From an uncultured Methanoregulaceae archaeon (GTDB lineage Archaea > Halobacteriota > Methanomicrobia > Methanomicrobiales > Methanospirillaceae), in NCBI GenBank assembly GCA_963717525.1, contig OY970343.1:1-64000 (forward strand): 64,000 bases of DNA, written 5' to 3'. Both the position numbers and the translations under genes were made by a program. Of the stretch, positions 1 through 9,454 are shown piece by piece. Each line of letters starts with the position of its first letter. Within the stretch, counting starts at the first letter, position 1. The notes below the pieces were generated by a model. It saw only the letters and a list, made by a program, of their open reading frames with translations, made no database searches and was not told where the DNA came from.

Positions 1-207
1 ACCTGTTGCTCACGGCCGGATGATTTTCCGGAAGCTTCAGCTCATGACCCGAACTTTTTTGGAAATAACACACTGTTAACTGTGAACAATTCAAAAATGA
101 AAGATGATTAGGATATGGAGTTTGTTATTTCAAAAAGCTACAACTTTTAGAGTAAATCTTATTCCTGTTAAATTCCTGTTTAAAGGCGAATTTCATAAAA
201 ATGTTAA

Positions 208-998
208 TTAAGATTTAGTTATTGAATTTGCCTCGGCATATTGAACTTGATTGTCTGGTATTAGGTATATTTCATTATTTTTTTGTTTAGAAGTATTTAA
301 ACAAGTGACGTAATAATAACCATCTCGATGCATAATTAGTAATAAGGTCTCATTTGTATTCGGTAATAGTTGTGTACTCTCATTTGTAAAACTAAATTTT
401 AATTGATGAAGGAGTGTCTCCTTTAATAAATTCCGTTCCTTCATATTCACCTAAAAACATTGAAAATAATCCACAGATGAGTAAAATTGTTACAATCATA
501 GATATTTTGTCTAACAGATGTCCCATTCCACAGGGCTTCCCAAAAAGAAACACCAATCCCAGAATATATTAGATATAACAATATCGTGCCCACCCCAAAA
601 CAAATTGAGAATATGCTAAAAAGGTTGATGATAAGTCAGATCTATCAGAGGTTATTCCCCAATATCCGATTACCAAACCAGCTGCCAGTATGGGAAAATT
701 TGAAAAAAAAGCAATACTTTTCATAAACCGTTTAGAAAGATTTTTGCTCGGCATAAGCCCCATTAAACATAGACATATTACAAGAATTACAATCAGAATA
801 GGGCCGAACCCATTAATTATGTAATAATCTAAATTCAAATTTAACAAGTTTTGTTCAATACCAATTGCTCTAAAATAGCTTTTGAAAATACGCAATAGTT
901 GAAAAATATAATCCTGCGGTTATTAGTGGAATAAATACCAAAAGGTCATCATTCGAAATAGTCTCTTTGGTAGAATGTTGACTCTCTTCATCAAGCAA
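208..998 (-). CDS. AT-rich multi-pass membrane protein, broken by several frameshifts
   Basis: ORFs 569..895 and 208..450 plus an upstream frame (LLDEESQHSTKETISNDDLLVFIPLITAGLYF) appear to form one hydrophobic protein; joining is my inference. Confidence 0.45.
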
Positions 999-1382
999 AA
1001 TAATCACTTATCGATGGATTATATCTATGGGATGAAAAAACTTTCATATCCTCTCTCGTAATTTGGTAAAATAGGGGTGGTTCGGTTTCGCATTTTCAAT
1101 TTTTTGATTAAATATGCAAACTAAGTGAAATCAACCACAAACTCAGGTTGTAAATCAGTCCCCTCTTCTTTCCATGTGGTCATGAAGTCAGAAAACCGAG
1201 ATGTTTGTAACTCTGTCCTTTGCCATTCGATTTCAGTTTCTTCAGTGTCGTCAAATATTTCTTCGGCCTCGCATTTTCTCATAATTACGGTGAGGTTTTT
1301 AGATGACCCCCACAATCTCCAATCGTTATCCCAGACACTACGTTTCCCTATGGGACTCCCTACCAGACATCCCCTAATCCGG

Positions 1383-1632
1383 GCCCAAATTGAGCCCCAA
1401 TCCCCCCTTGACCAATCAAAAAGAAGCCCGTATCGGGCTCCGTTTCAAAATAACCCCAAATCAGCCTTATTTTAGCAATCGGACGAAATAAAACGTTCAC
1501 GTATTGCGATTTTAAGGGCCAATTTAGGTCCGGTTGGGTTTTGGCCGATGATGAAAAAAGAGGCCGTTCAAAGGGCTTCTATGAGGCTCTAAAGGGCATT
1601 ATATGGGGTTCAATTTAGGCTTATTTTGGCAA
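1383..1632. repeat. Imperfect inverted repeat with internal direct repeats
   Basis: GCCCAAATTGAGCCCC (1383-1398) vs GGGGTTCAATTTAGGC (1605-1620), 14/16 complementary; AGAAGCCC/GGGCTTCT inside; CAATTTAGG and CTTATTTTRGCAA each occur twice. Confidence 0.5.
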
Positions 1633-1951
1633 AATAATGGATGTATGCTCTCGGAATTTCGACGGATGCAATCTGACGATTTTACGGGCTTGGATTTGCC
1701 GCTAAACGGAGATTTGGTCAAGGTTCTCAACGACGGGGAGTCCCTTCCGGGGGTAGTCAGACGGATTGCCAGATGAATAATGCACAAGGACTCCCCGCCT
1801 CAGGGCCCCTCCGGAGCACTGCGGGCCAGGGAGGTTTTTGTTCTGGAGTAAAAAATCATGAGTCACCCCCACGATATTCGTCAACTTTCTGAGGAACTGG
1901 CGTCGGATGCCGGAGCCCCCGGTTCTGGAAACGATATAAAAAAGTGAAAAT

Positions 1952-2008
1952 TTACGTCTTCTCCTCAAGCATCGGCTTCAGGAACTCCCCGGTGTAACTC
2001 TTCCTGGT
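1952..2008 (-). pseudogene. UvrA-like extreme C-terminal fragment
   Basis: Reads TRKSYTGEFLKPMLEEKT*, resembling the UvrA C-terminus; no upstream UvrA sequence. Confidence 0.45.
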
Positions 2009-2184
2009 ACACCAGCCTCGCCGGGTTCAACGCCGGCGCTGCTGCGATCCTCGCCGCAGGAAACCTCAACACTTCACATGAGGGGATCCCGGCAAAAAGC
2101 GTCTGGTTCATTACCCATGAGAGGGGAGATGGATGATAAGGTACAGGTACTGCATTCCCCTGCCGGGGATTGCGTGAACAGACC

Positions 2185-2838
2185 ATGCAAACAAAATGGA
2201 TCCTCCTGATGGCACTCGTGATCATCGCCGGTATCGTTGTTGTCCTCCCGCTTCTTGCCCCGGGAATAACACCTTCAGGTATCGTGCAGGACGGCCAGGC
2301 CACCGCGGGAGATGCCTTCATGCTGGTAAACCAGTCCGGGATTGCCCTCACCCTGTATGACGATGCCCTTGCTGCAAACCCGGGCGATCCCGTCCTGTTA
2401 AAAAAGAAAGCCGAGGCCCTGATAGGATCCGGGCAAACAGGGGAGGCCGAACAGATCTACCAGCAGCTGCTTTCCCAGTACCCCAATGACCCGGCAGTCC
2501 TCGTCCGGATGGGGGATTTCTCCTACTGGAACGGAGATTACACCGGGGCGATCTCCTATTACGATACGGCGCTCTCGATCCAGCCAAAGAACGCACAGAT
2601 TCTGCTGCGGGACGGGGATGCCTGCCTCATGCTCGCCGTCACGCAATACCAGGAACAGCATGCCGTCTTCCTCGATTCCTTGGACTCCTACCGGAAAGCA
2701 CTGGACGAGTATGCACAGGCGGAAAAGCTCGACCCCCGGCTCTCAGCGGTGGTCTCGGCCCGGACGCTCGCAGCTGACCAGTACGAGGCGAGCGGTGATG
2801 AGCAGAGCCTCATTGCCACGCTTCGGGCGTCTGCATAA
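2185..2838 (+). CDS. Membrane-anchored tetratricopeptide-repeat protein
   Basis: N-terminal hydrophobic helix; TPR-like repeats (GDYTGAISYYDTALSIQP). Confidence 0.85.
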   Translation: MQTKWILLMALVIIAGIVVVLPLLAPGITPSGIVQDGQATAGDAFMLVNQSGIALTLYDDALAANPGDPVLLKKKAEALIGSGQTGEAEQIYQQLLSQYPNDPAVLVRMGDFSYWNGDYTGAISYYDTALSIQPKNAQILLRDGDACLMLAVTQYQEQHAVFLDSLDSYRKALDEYAQAEKLDPRLSAVVSARTLAADQYEASGDEQSLIATLRASA

Positions 2839-2956
2839 GGGGCCGCTGCGACCTTTCCCGCCAGCGCCGTGAGCCCTGCCCGGGTACCGGAAATACCCGT
2901 CTGTGTCTGGCCGGACCGATGGCCTGATCACCCGGGACAGCCAAAGGAAAATATCC

Positions 2957-3949
2957 ATGAAAATCCTGTTCTGCGCCGAGGCTTTTCCCGAGGCACGCAC
3001 GAGGCTTGCCGCACTCCTGCCGGACGATGAGATCCTCGCCTTCCCGCCCGAAAAACTCGGCGCCCACATCGCAGAGGCTGACGTGGTCGTGCCGCTCGTG
3101 AGCCGGGTGGACGAGACCCTCATCCGGCAGGGAACGTTCGGGCTTATCCAGCAGTACGGGGTCGGGCTCGAAACCGTGGACATCGACGCAGCCACACGAA
3201 ACGGCGTCATGGTCGCACGTATCCCGAGCGAAGAGTCCGGCAACGCTGCTTCGGTCGCCGAGCATGCGATCCTTCTCATGCTCATGCTCTCCCGGCGGTG
3301 GAACCAGATCGCACAAACACGGGAACAGGGCACCAGGGTCGCGTGGGGGTCGCCGGCCGGCCAGGCGATGCTCGGGAAAACCGTCTGCATCCTCGGCCTC
3401 GGCGGGGTAGGAAGGGAACTGGCCCGCCGTCTCTCCGGCTTCAGGGTCAGGATCGTTACCGTGGACGACCATCCCGGCCGGACCGTGCCCGGGGTGGAGA
3501 TCGCCCGCTCGTATCCCCTCGAACAGCTCGCCGGGGCACTTGCGGAAGCCGATTATGTGGCACTCTGCATCAACTACACCCCGGACCGGTTCCACCTCAT
3601 CGGCGCTTCGGAGATTGCCGCAATGAAGAAAGGTGTGTTCATCGTCAACGTGGCCCGGGGAGGACTTCTCGATCCGGATGCCCTGCTTTCCGCACTCAGG
3701 GCCGGGCAGGTCGCCGGCGCCGGGCTCGACGTCTTCTGGGACGAACCCGTGGACATGGCACACCCGGTCTTTCGTGAGAACGTGATCGCTACGCCGCATA
3801 TCGCCGGAGTCACGGACGTCTCGTACGAGAGCATCGCCAAGGCGTTCGCGGAGAACATGAAGCGGTACGCTGCAGGAGAAAAGCCCCTGTACCTCGCCAA
3901 TGCGCCCGCCCGGCTGAGAGCGGCGGGATCGGGCCGGAACGCACGCTGA
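2957..3949 (+). CDS. D-isomer-specific 2-hydroxyacid dehydrogenase
   Basis: GLGGVG, VNVARG, GAGLDVF, TPHIAG motifs. Confidence 0.92.
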   Translation: MKILFCAEAFPEARTRLAALLPDDEILAFPPEKLGAHIAEADVVVPLVSRVDETLIRQGTFGLIQQYGVGLETVDIDAATRNGVMVARIPSEESGNAASVAEHAILLMLMLSRRWNQIAQTREQGTRVAWGSPAGQAMLGKTVCILGLGGVGRELARRLSGFRVRIVTVDDHPGRTVPGVEIARSYPLEQLAGALAEADYVALCINYTPDRFHLIGASEIAAMKKGVFIVNVARGGLLDPDALLSALRAGQVAGAGLDVFWDEPVDMAHPVFRENVIATPHIAGVTDVSYESIAKAFAENMKRYAAGEKPLYLANAPARLRAAGSGRNAR

Positions 3950-4073
3950 CGGCAGAACAACCCGGGTCACAGGACCGTTGAATCTCCGGCGGGGGACTGG
4001 ATGGTTCCCGGCCCGTTTTTTATCGCCACCGTGGGGAACAAATCCATATCCCTTCCCGTACCCACAGTACCGT

Positions 4074-4784
4074 ATGCCATCTCCCATGGTCGGACGGAAA
4101 TTCGGTGTCGGCGCGATCACCGCACCTGACCCTGCGAACGTGAAGGGCACCCGGGTGGTCGGGATCTCCGGATCGAGCTGGCAGGAGCCGGGAATGTCTA
4201 AGTCAGAACGCCTGCTCATCGAGGCACTCGACCGGTGCACCGCGCTCGGCTGCGAAACGAAGTTTATCCGGCTTAAAGACCTCAAAATCTACGATTGCGA
4301 GGGCAATTACTCGGAGAACGCGGAGTACTGCACCTATCCCTGCCAGTCGACGATGAAGTACGAGGACGACGAGATGGACAAGGTCTATTCGGCCATCCTT
4401 GACTGCGACGTCCTCTTCCTTGCCACCCCCATACGGTGGAACAATCACTCGGCGCTCATCCAGAAGTTTGTCGAGCGGATGAACTGTATCGAGAACCAGT
4501 ACTCGTGGTTCGGCAACCGGATGATCAAAAACAAGGTCGTAGGGCTCATCATCATCGGGCACGTGGACGGCATGCAGCACGTAGCGGGAAACCTCCTGAA
4601 TTTCTTTGCATGGCTGGGTTTCCACAGCCCCGAGGTTTCGATCGCCTCGTGGGTGGGGGAGAACAACGAGGATACCACGCGGGACTGGGAGCAGATCACC
4701 AAAAACCAGTACACGCAGGAAGACCTCACCGATATGGTGTACAGCTCTCTGCGCCTCGCCTGCAGCCTCAGACGGGAGATCTGA
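4074..4784 (+). CDS. Flavodoxin-like / NADPH-dependent FMN reductase family protein
   Basis: VVGISGS, Cys-containing CEGNYS..CTYPC segment, LATPIRW motif. Confidence 0.8.
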   Translation: MPSPMVGRKFGVGAITAPDPANVKGTRVVGISGSSWQEPGMSKSERLLIEALDRCTALGCETKFIRLKDLKIYDCEGNYSENAEYCTYPCQSTMKYEDDEMDKVYSAILDCDVLFLATPIRWNNHSALIQKFVERMNCIENQYSWFGNRMIKNKVVGLIIIGHVDGMQHVAGNLLNFFAWLGFHSPEVSIASWVGENNEDTTRDWEQITKNQYTQEDLTDMVYSSLRLACSLRREI

Positions 4785-4838
4785 CCTGACCGCCAGCAAC
4801 GCCGGGCAGCCGGGAAAAAGGGTGGGTGGATTGATCTC

Positions 4839-5623
4839 TTAAGGCGACTGAGTGACGGTTGAATTCCACTGGTGCCAGTGTGGCCGGGTCGAACTGGTCA
4901 CGGTGCCCGGATGGGTTTCAAAAAACGACTTAAGCCACGCGTTAACCGTTGCGGTGTCGTTATTCTGGAGTGCGGTCTGGACTGAGCTTACATCGACCCC
5001 CTTGTTCTGCAGGCTGGTGATAAATGACTGGAGATGCGCCTGTTGTGCTGTTGCATTGACCTTAAAACCGGCACCACTGTGCATATAGGTGGCATTGCCA
5101 AATGCCCCCGGGTGTGCTTCCCTGTACGACGTGAGCCATGAGTTCACTGTGGCCATGTCGTTATTCTGAAGCGCGGTCTGGACTGAGCTTACATCAACTC
5201 CCTTGTTCTGCAGGCTGGTGATGAATAACTGGAGATGCGCCTGTTGTGAAGTCTACGTTGACCGTAAAGCCATTGCCCCTCTGCATATGGGTGGTATTGC
5301 CAAATGTCCCCGGGTGTGCTTCAAAGTACCGATTTGAGCCACGCGTTCACTGTCGCGGTGTCGTTATTCTGGAGTGCAGTCTGTACTGTGCTTACGTCAA
5401 CTCCCTGATTCTGAAGCTGCGTGATGAACGATTCTGTCATCGCGGACCGCTGGGTACTGTTGAAGGCAAAATGGTGCCCTGTACCATGCCCGTGCACCGC
5501 GGTACTGGTGCCGGATGGCCATGATACCGCTGATGCGCTGACAGGGCTTACCCCGAGTCCGAGGATAACGAGGGCAAGAAGAAGGACTGCGATGCTCCCT
5601 GCCAGTGTTTTTGGTGTTTTCAT
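4839..5623 (-). CDS. Secreted protein with three ~60-aa tandem repeats (two frameshifts)
   Basis: Signal peptide; repeat FITxLQNxGVDVSxVQTALQNNDxATVNxWL three times; frame breaks near 5330 and 5252. Confidence 0.75.
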
Positions 5624-5851
5624 AGTGTGAGTCTCCTGTGGTTGCGTGCAGATGTGGTATGTATGGCCAACATCTTGTATAGTTTATTTTACATTTTGTA
5701 ATATAAACGTTCTGTTTCCGATAAAAAGGAAATGTTAACCGCCATACCCGGATCTTCACCGTGTTGTCTGCACACAGAGAACGGTTATGAGACGTAAAAT
5801 TTTTTGGTGCGATCACGAATGATACGGATTGAATGGAGATAAAAAGGGATA

Positions 5852-6257
5852 TCAGAGGAGTTTTGATCCGGCCGTCGCCCCGGGTTTGCATTCGAAGACA
5901 TCGGTGATCCTGACGATAAGGAGCGAGCGCGCAGGCAGGGCCGGGTTCTTCTTGTTGAGCTTTGCCTTCATCTCCTCGGTACTCCTTGCCGCTTGTCTTG
6001 ATGGTGACATGCCCCTTGATCTGGAAACACCCTTTGATCTCGGCGCCCCAGACATAGACTGCGATCTTCGGGTTGGCCCTGAGGTTTTCCAGTGTCTTGT
6101 TCATGAAATTGTCCGTGATCCAGATCGTATCATCGCTGACAAGCTCGACAACCCCTATCGGGATGACGTTGGGGGTGCCGTCCTTCGATGCGGTCGCGAC
6201 CGGGAAGATCTTCATCTTCAGGAAGGCTTCCTTCATCTCTGCGGTTAATCTGGCCAT
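5852..6257 (-). CDS. Pyridoxamine 5'-phosphate oxidase-like FMN-binding protein (frameshift near 5980)
   Basis: VATASKDGTPNV, DNFMNKTLENLRANP, FQIKG; C-terminus lies in ORF 5852..6055. Confidence 0.85.
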
Positions 6258-6385
6258 ACTGAATGCACCGATCTCTTCCTCTGCGCCCGGTTCGTATATA
6301 CCTTAGTGCGGGGAACCCGTACCGGTAGAGGGACTTGACCCGGGCGAAACGGTTTTACCCTCCTGCCGGCAAGTAACTGGATCAC

Positions 6386-7009
6386 GTGAAGATCATGACC
6401 CGCCCATTCCAGTCCTACGAGGATGCCGTCGCCTTCCACGGCCACTCCTGCCCCGGTCTTGCACTCGGTTACCGCGCCGTCAGGCACGCTCTTGTCCTCC
6501 TCCATGCAGAGCGATCCGGGGACGAGGACCTGGTTGCCATTGTGGAGAACGATGCCTGCGGGGTCGATGCTGTCCAGGCCATCGCCGGGTGTTCCGTCGG
6601 CAAAGGGAACCTGATCCTCCGGGACTTGGGCAAGCACGCGTACACGTTCATCAACCGCAGGACCGGTTCGGCGGTCCGGCTCGTCCAGCGCAGCGAACCC
6701 CTGATGGAACGCCTCGATCCGGCAGCATCGGCGCTGCGCGGGAAAGTGATGGCCGGGAAAGCCACGCCGAGCGAGATGCAGGAGTTCCACGAGAGACAGG
6801 CCGCCGTCATTGAAAAGATCCTCACGATCCCGATCGGCGACCTTTTCACCGGGAAAGAGGCGCGATCGGAAGTCCCCGAACGGGCCCGGATCTCCCCATC
6901 GGTGCCATGCACCATCTGCGGCGAGATGGTGGCCGAACACCGTGCCCGGGTTAAAAACGGTAAGATAGTCTGCATCCCCTGCGCCGGGGAATACAGCCGG
7001 GGCTGGTAA
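6386..7009 (+). CDS. fmdE: FmdE family protein with C-terminal zinc finger
   Basis: FHGHSCPGLALG, ENDACGVDA, CTICGE...CIPC. Confidence 0.9.
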   Translation: MKIMTRPFQSYEDAVAFHGHSCPGLALGYRAVRHALVLLHAERSGDEDLVAIVENDACGVDAVQAIAGCSVGKGNLILRDLGKHAYTFINRRTGSAVRLVQRSEPLMERLDPAASALRGKVMAGKATPSEMQEFHERQAAVIEKILTIPIGDLFTGKEARSEVPERARISPSVPCTICGEMVAEHRARVKNGKIVCIPCAGEYSRGW

Positions 7010-7094
7010 CGGTTTTCACCCGCTCCATAGGGCTAAATTCTGGTGCCTTTATCTGATCACCGGGTCCAGGTACTTTAGAGTAAGGAGATGCCAG

Positions 7095-7337
7095 ATGGGC
7101 GCAATGGACGGTATCCAGGGGATGGTTGCAGCATATCTTGCCTCCCCCAGCGGGCAGCAGGCCATACGTTCTTTCCTCTCGTCCCCTCAGGGAAAAGAGG
7201 TAATCGATGCATACCTTTCGAGACCTGAAGGCCAGCAGATGGCCAGGCTTCTTCTCACGCGGGCTCTGGACCGCCTCGACATTCCCGAGCCGGTGAAAGA
7301 TCAGATCCGCACGGCCCTTGCGGAGACACAGGCCTGA
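7095..7337 (+). CDS. Small hypothetical protein with internal repeats
   Basis: (Y/F)LxxPxG(Q/K) repeated three times; AGGAG upstream. Confidence 0.7.
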   Translation: MGAMDGIQGMVAAYLASPSGQQAIRSFLSSPQGKEVIDAYLSRPEGQQMARLLLTRALDRLDIPEPVKDQIRTALAETQA

Positions 7338-7465
7338 TCGGATCGTCCCTTTTTCCACTGTCTCCGGGAAGCTCCCGGTCACAGTAGTACCAATCGGCTT
7401 TTACCTCCCTGCATCACATTTTCCTCTCATATTCTGCAGTCCCGGGCACTCCCGGGCGTGTTTTT

Positions 7466-9451
7466 ATGACATCACCCGACCTCTCCCCACCCCTCCGCAA
7501 CACGTACCTGCCCGGCGAGATCACTGCCCTGTGCGATGCGGCTGTAAGCGCAGCCACCGCGGCACTCGACCGGATCGCAGCCCTGCTGCCCGGTGAACGG
7601 ACCACCGATAACACGCTGCTTGCGTTTGAAACTGCCATGGCGGATTTTTCCGACAGCACCCTGCCCCTGACCCTCATGGGCTACGTATATCCAGACCATT
7701 CTGTCGCCGCGGAGGGGTCGGCCGCGGAGGAGAAGTCAGGAAAATTTGCCATCAGCGTCTTTACCCGCCGGGACCTCCATGATGCGATACGCGAGGCAGT
7801 CCCGCGGAACCCGGCAGAAGCCCGGCTCAAAAAAGAGACCCTCCGGCAGTTCAGAAAGAACGGTCTTGACCTCGCGGACGATGGCCTTCTCCGGGTCCGG
7901 GCCTTAAAGAAGCAGATCACGCAGCTTGAGGTCAGGTTCTCGGCCAACCTCAACAACGATATGAGCGCGGTCGTTTTCTCCGCACAGGATCTCGATGGCG
8001 TTCCTGCAGAAGCACTCGCCACGTTTGCGCGGACCGGGGACGGCCTTTACCGGGTCACGACCAAGTACCCGGATTACATCCCGGTAATGCAGAACGCGAA
8101 GAACGCTGCGACCCGCAAACGGCTGTATGCTGCGTTTGTCAACCGCCAGGCAGGTCCGAATACGACACTCCTCGAAGAGGCGATACGGGTGCGGCAGGAG
8201 TGCGCCCGGGAACTGGGCTATGCGAGCTGGGCGGATTACCGTCTCGACGGCCGGATGGCAAAAGACACCACCACCGTGTGCTCCTTCCTTAACGGGCTCA
8301 AGGAACCGGTAAAGGAGAAGATCCGGTCTGACCTTACTTCGCTGCTTTCCCTCAAACAGGAACTGGAGCCGGGAGCCGACCGGGTCGAGCCCTGGGATCT
8401 TGCGGTCCTCACCGAGCAGGAGCGGAAACGGAAGTTCGCGCTTGACAACGAGGAGATCCGGAAGTACTTCCCGTTCGATCGGGTCCTGCAGGGAATGTTC
8501 GAGCTGTTCGGTCCGCTCTTCGGTGTCAGGTTCTCCGGAGTACCAAAAACCCCGGTCTGGGCACCGGGTATCCGGCTGATCCGCATTTCTGATCAGGATA
8601 ATGACCGGACGATCGCGTACCTCTATCTTGACATGTTCCCCCGGGACGGGAAGTACGGGCACATGATGATGTCGCCCCTGATCGCAGGCAGGGCAAGAGA
8701 CGGCGGGTACACGGTGCCGGTCACCGCCATCGTGGGGAACTTCCGGGCGCCCTCAGAAAATATCCCGTCGCTCCTGACCCATGATGATGTCGAGGGGCTT
8801 TTCCACGAGCTCGGCCACGCGCTCCACGGATGTCTCACCCGGGCGCCCTACGCGAGCCTTTCGGGTTCGAGTGTTGAGTGGGACTTTGTCGAGACCCCAT
8901 CACAGGCACTGGAGAACTGGGCATGGGAACCCGCGGTCCTTGATGCCATCTCCGGGCACTATGCGAACCCAATGGAAAAACTTCCGGCCCCGCTCCGCGA
9001 TCGTATCATCGCCGCACGGGACCTTGGCGCCGGGTTGCGGTACACCCGGATGCTCGTGATCTCGACCGAGGACATGGCGTTCCACACCGCTGACGGGCCG
9101 GTCGATGTAACCGCGACAGCCGACCGGATCTACCAGGAGCTCATGGGCATCCCGCCTCTTCCCGGGGGCCACGAGCCGGCGACTATCGGCCATTTCATGG
9201 GCGGGTACGATGCCGGGTATTACAGTTACCTCTGGGCGGAGGTGTACGCCCTCAACGTCTTTGCCCGGTTCAAAAAGGACGGGCTTTTCAACGCCGCAAC
9301 CGGTGCCGCATACCGGCACTGGATCCTCGGACAAGGGAACATGCAGGACGGAAAGGCGCTCCTTATCGGTTTCCTCGGAAAAGAGCCCGGTATGGACGTC
9401 TTCTACGAGCGGCTGAACATCCGCCCGCCCCATCCGGGTACACCCCTGTGA
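7466..9451 (+). CDS. M3 family (thimet oligopeptidase-like) metallopeptidase
   Basis: FHELGH zinc motif, DFVETPSQ, YDAGYYSYLWAE. Confidence 0.95.
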   Translation: MTSPDLSPPLRNTYLPGEITALCDAAVSAATAALDRIAALLPGERTTDNTLLAFETAMADFSDSTLPLTLMGYVYPDHSVAAEGSAAEEKSGKFAISVFTRRDLHDAIREAVPRNPAEARLKKETLRQFRKNGLDLADDGLLRVRALKKQITQLEVRFSANLNNDMSAVVFSAQDLDGVPAEALATFARTGDGLYRVTTKYPDYIPVMQNAKNAATRKRLYAAFVNRQAGPNTTLLEEAIRVRQECARELGYASWADYRLDGRMAKDTTTVCSFLNGLKEPVKEKIRSDLTSLLSLKQELEPGADRVEPWDLAVLTEQERKRKFALDNEEIRKYFPFDRVLQGMFELFGPLFGVRFSGVPKTPVWAPGIRLIRISDQDNDRTIAYLYLDMFPRDGKYGHMMMSPLIAGRARDGGYTVPVTAIVGNFRAPSENIPSLLTHDDVEGLFHELGHALHGCLTRAPYASLSGSSVEWDFVETPSQALENWAWEPAVLDAISGHYANPMEKLPAPLRDRIIAARDLGAGLRYTRMLVISTEDMAFHTADGPVDVTATADRIYQELMGIPPLPGGHEPATIGHFMGGYDAGYYSYLWAEVYALNVFARFKKDGLFNAATGAAYRHWILGQGNMQDGKALLIGFLGKEPGMDVFYERLNIRPPHPGTPL

Positions 9452-9454
9452 AGG

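Noticed and set aside
2743..4285. Long antisense and alternate-frame ORFs here and throughout
   Set aside because: Shadows of GC-rich genes with no recognisable motifs.
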